This document shows, piece by piece, positions 61,785 to 64,000 of a stretch of 64,000 nt of DNA. How positions within the stretch are numbered: position 1 is the stretch's first letter; the number at the start of each line of letters is the position of its first letter. The DNA is from Vicugna vicugna (Eukaryota). Under the pieces are notes generated by a model, which searched no databases, was not told the DNA's origin, and saw only the letters and a list, made by a program, of their open reading frames with translations. The position numbers and the translations under genes were made by a program. The DNA is taken from contig MU061538.1 in the NCBI GenBank assembly GCA_013265495.1, positions 2,510,865 through 2,574,864 on the forward strand, read 5' to 3'.

Positions 61785-61910
61785 TCCTGATGAAAAAGAA
61801 TATGAAGATGAATACACACATATTCACGTATGAATGAAAAATTGTGCTGTAAGCCAGAAATTGACACAACATTGTAAACTGACTATAAGTTAATAAAGAA
61901 CAAATAAAAA
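61785..61910 (+). mobile_element. L1 terminal fragment
   Basis: tgctgtaagccagaaattgacacaacattgtaaactgactata. Confidence 0.8.
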
Positions 61911-63149
61911 TGAGATAATCTGAGGATGTTCAGGGACACTAGCTAAGTTACAGGTTTCTTAATATTAGAAGAGTTTAGCAGGAGAAATGTATGCTGATTA
62001 GCACGGACCCACACTTTCCGAATAAACACGGAATGTTACCAAGATGTTTCACAAATGGGGTCTCCTCCTTCCGTGACATAATTTTATGTTTTTGTGGATT
62101 TGCTAAAATTTCAAATTTGAGTGACTTTCAAATAATGTCACTTTGAATCTTGATCCAAAGCTACGAAGTTCAGAGAGAAAAGAGTGCCACAAAGATATCT
62201 CTTCAGCCTCAAAGATGCACAGAGGGTCCTGGGCTAGGTCCCGAGGGGTGGGGGTGGACAGGAGATAAAGAGATCTCCCTTCTCTTTGAGCAGCTGACAA
62301 TGTGAAAATGTGCAAATAAACCCAGTTAATGTCAAACACCTGAGAAATATTGCAACACTGCAATCCTCCTGAATAAACGAGAGGCAGAAATACCCAATAC
62401 ATGCTATAGAAATTACACAAAGATCTCTCTTTCAACCCCTGCTGTCCTCAAGGTGTTGCCTTACTGTTCGTACCCAGAGTCCTCACCTACCTGCCCCTGC
62501 CCACGGATGCTCTCACCGCCCATTCTGCACAGACAGCCCTAAACACCACTGCTTCTCAAGCCACCACAGAGGTGGGCGACGTCACGCGGGCTTCAGCCAG
62601 CGTCATGCCGGGGCGCCTGGACAGGGCCCTACACCTGGCCCCGGGCACGTCCACGGAGCCACTCTGTGCTCGAACGGAGGCAACCTAGAAGTACGGGGCT
62701 CGGCGAGGCCACCTTCACCAACTCAGGACAGAAGCCAAGGCATCAGAGCTCCTCTCTTAGCCGCTGGGCACAGAGCTCTGGGGTGTAAACGCCTCGACAA
62801 CAGGTCCACGAAGCATCCAGAGCAAGCCAGCCATGATGTGACCAGCCCAACAGCACACCCTGCATGTCCGCCCTGGAGCTCAGAGGAAGGGCCTCGGACA
62901 GGAAAATAGACTAGGACTTCAACATCATATGATGGTATTTCAAGCAACAAGAAAGATAAAGATGACCTGGAGAGAAAGTGAGATTGAAAACAGACTGAAG
63001 GGCTGAGCCTGGGCGCTCCAACCTCGGGGCCGCGTCCTTCCCTTAGGAGCCTTTCCTCTCCTTTTTATACATAATAAGGTGCTTTATTGGGTTTTCTCTG
63101 ATCTGCTGAGCCTCCCTTTTCTTACTCTTTAGAAGATTTTCCCTTTAGC

Positions 63150-63520
63150 ACCTTTATAACACATCACATTTCCTCAAGACTCAGTCTCATGCCTTCTTCA
63201 CTTTTCAAATCATTTGTATAACTCTCCCCGCAGGTGACTTCATCTACACCCATAGCTTTACTTTAAGACAATTAAGATTTTCTCCTTTCCAGGCATTGCT
63301 CGGGAGAGTCACAACCACCTTTCCAGCTTCTTACTTGGAATCTCCTGTTGAATGTCCCAGAGTTGCCTGGAACTCAGCAATTCCAAAACCAAACCCATGA
63401 ACAACTCAAGACCCCTCAGGCCCCTCCTGATGGGCGCCCCCTCTTCTCTGTAAGGCTGAATTTCTCTCTACAGCCTATGCACCGTGCACACTCCTGCCAG
63501 AAGGACTGGCAGGTCCCAGA
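63150..63520 (+). mobile_element. L2 fragment
   Basis: ttacttggaatctcctgttgaatgtcccagagttgcctggaactcagcaattccaaaacc. Confidence 0.6.
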
Positions 63521-63809
63521 TGCTGTTTCACTTCCTCAGAGCCCCGGATTTACCAAGCTGCGCCAGGCTCCTGTTCCAGGCGCTTGGCTCTCCTACTCAG
63601 CTGCACTTCTTTGATTTACTGTACAGTCTGCGAGGTAAGATGAGGTATCTCGTTGGCACAGATCAGTGCCTAAAAATGTTTTCAAACGAAGGAATAAACG
63701 GAGATACCACTGTGGCCTAGAATACGCTTGACATCTTCCTGGGGAGTGAGCCCTGCGTCTGAGTCTTGGAGAGGAAGCCTGGGGAGAGACAGGGACCAGG
63801 ATCACTGAG

Positions 63810-64000
63810 CGTCTGCGGGTTGCCAGGCGCTGTGCTAAGTGCTTTACGTGTGCCTTCAGTCTTCGCAGAATCACGGCTTCACGCACGCTGACCTCTTTTT
63901 AAAGACGGGAATCCTCGCTCAGAAAAGTCAACTGACTGCTCGTGCTCAAGTCAATGATACTGGTAAGAACTTGAGCCCCATTTGACAGCAAAGTCCACTG
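63810..64000 (-). mobile_element. MIR SINE
   Basis: tgccaggcgctgtgctaagtgctttacgtg...gctcagaaaagtcaactgact. Confidence 0.7.

Noticed and set aside
62720..62966. Strong minus-strand acceptor ctcactttctctccag
   Set aside because: Isolated, with no convincing partner exon or recognisable protein.

Overview
This is mammalian genomic DNA, most likely camelid, judged from vic-1-type tRNA-derived SINEs. It is GC/CpG-rich and repeat-dense, and I can recognise no intact protein-coding gene. A CpG-island promoter (~1490-2150) abuts a 153-N gap. The main hidden structure is a decayed, intron-containing LRRC37-like gene on the + strand (~6156-26329) that the ORF track misses. In order it has a short signal-peptide exon, an LRRNT exon, six single-LRR exons, a Cys-cap exon, a run of mostly symmetric phase-1 stalk exons, an LRRC37AB_C-like motif and a possible decayed juxtamembrane/TM exon. 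Stops, frameshifts and broken splice sites occur throughout. The rest is L1, L2, MIR, MaLR, ERV and hAT relics, a CR1/L3 endonuclease fossil, a candidate Penelope-like relic (~37500-38130, -), a strong CTCF motif, and a possible antisense spliced transcript over the pseudogene. All family assignments come from manual translation and my recollection of consensus sequences; none were run against a database.
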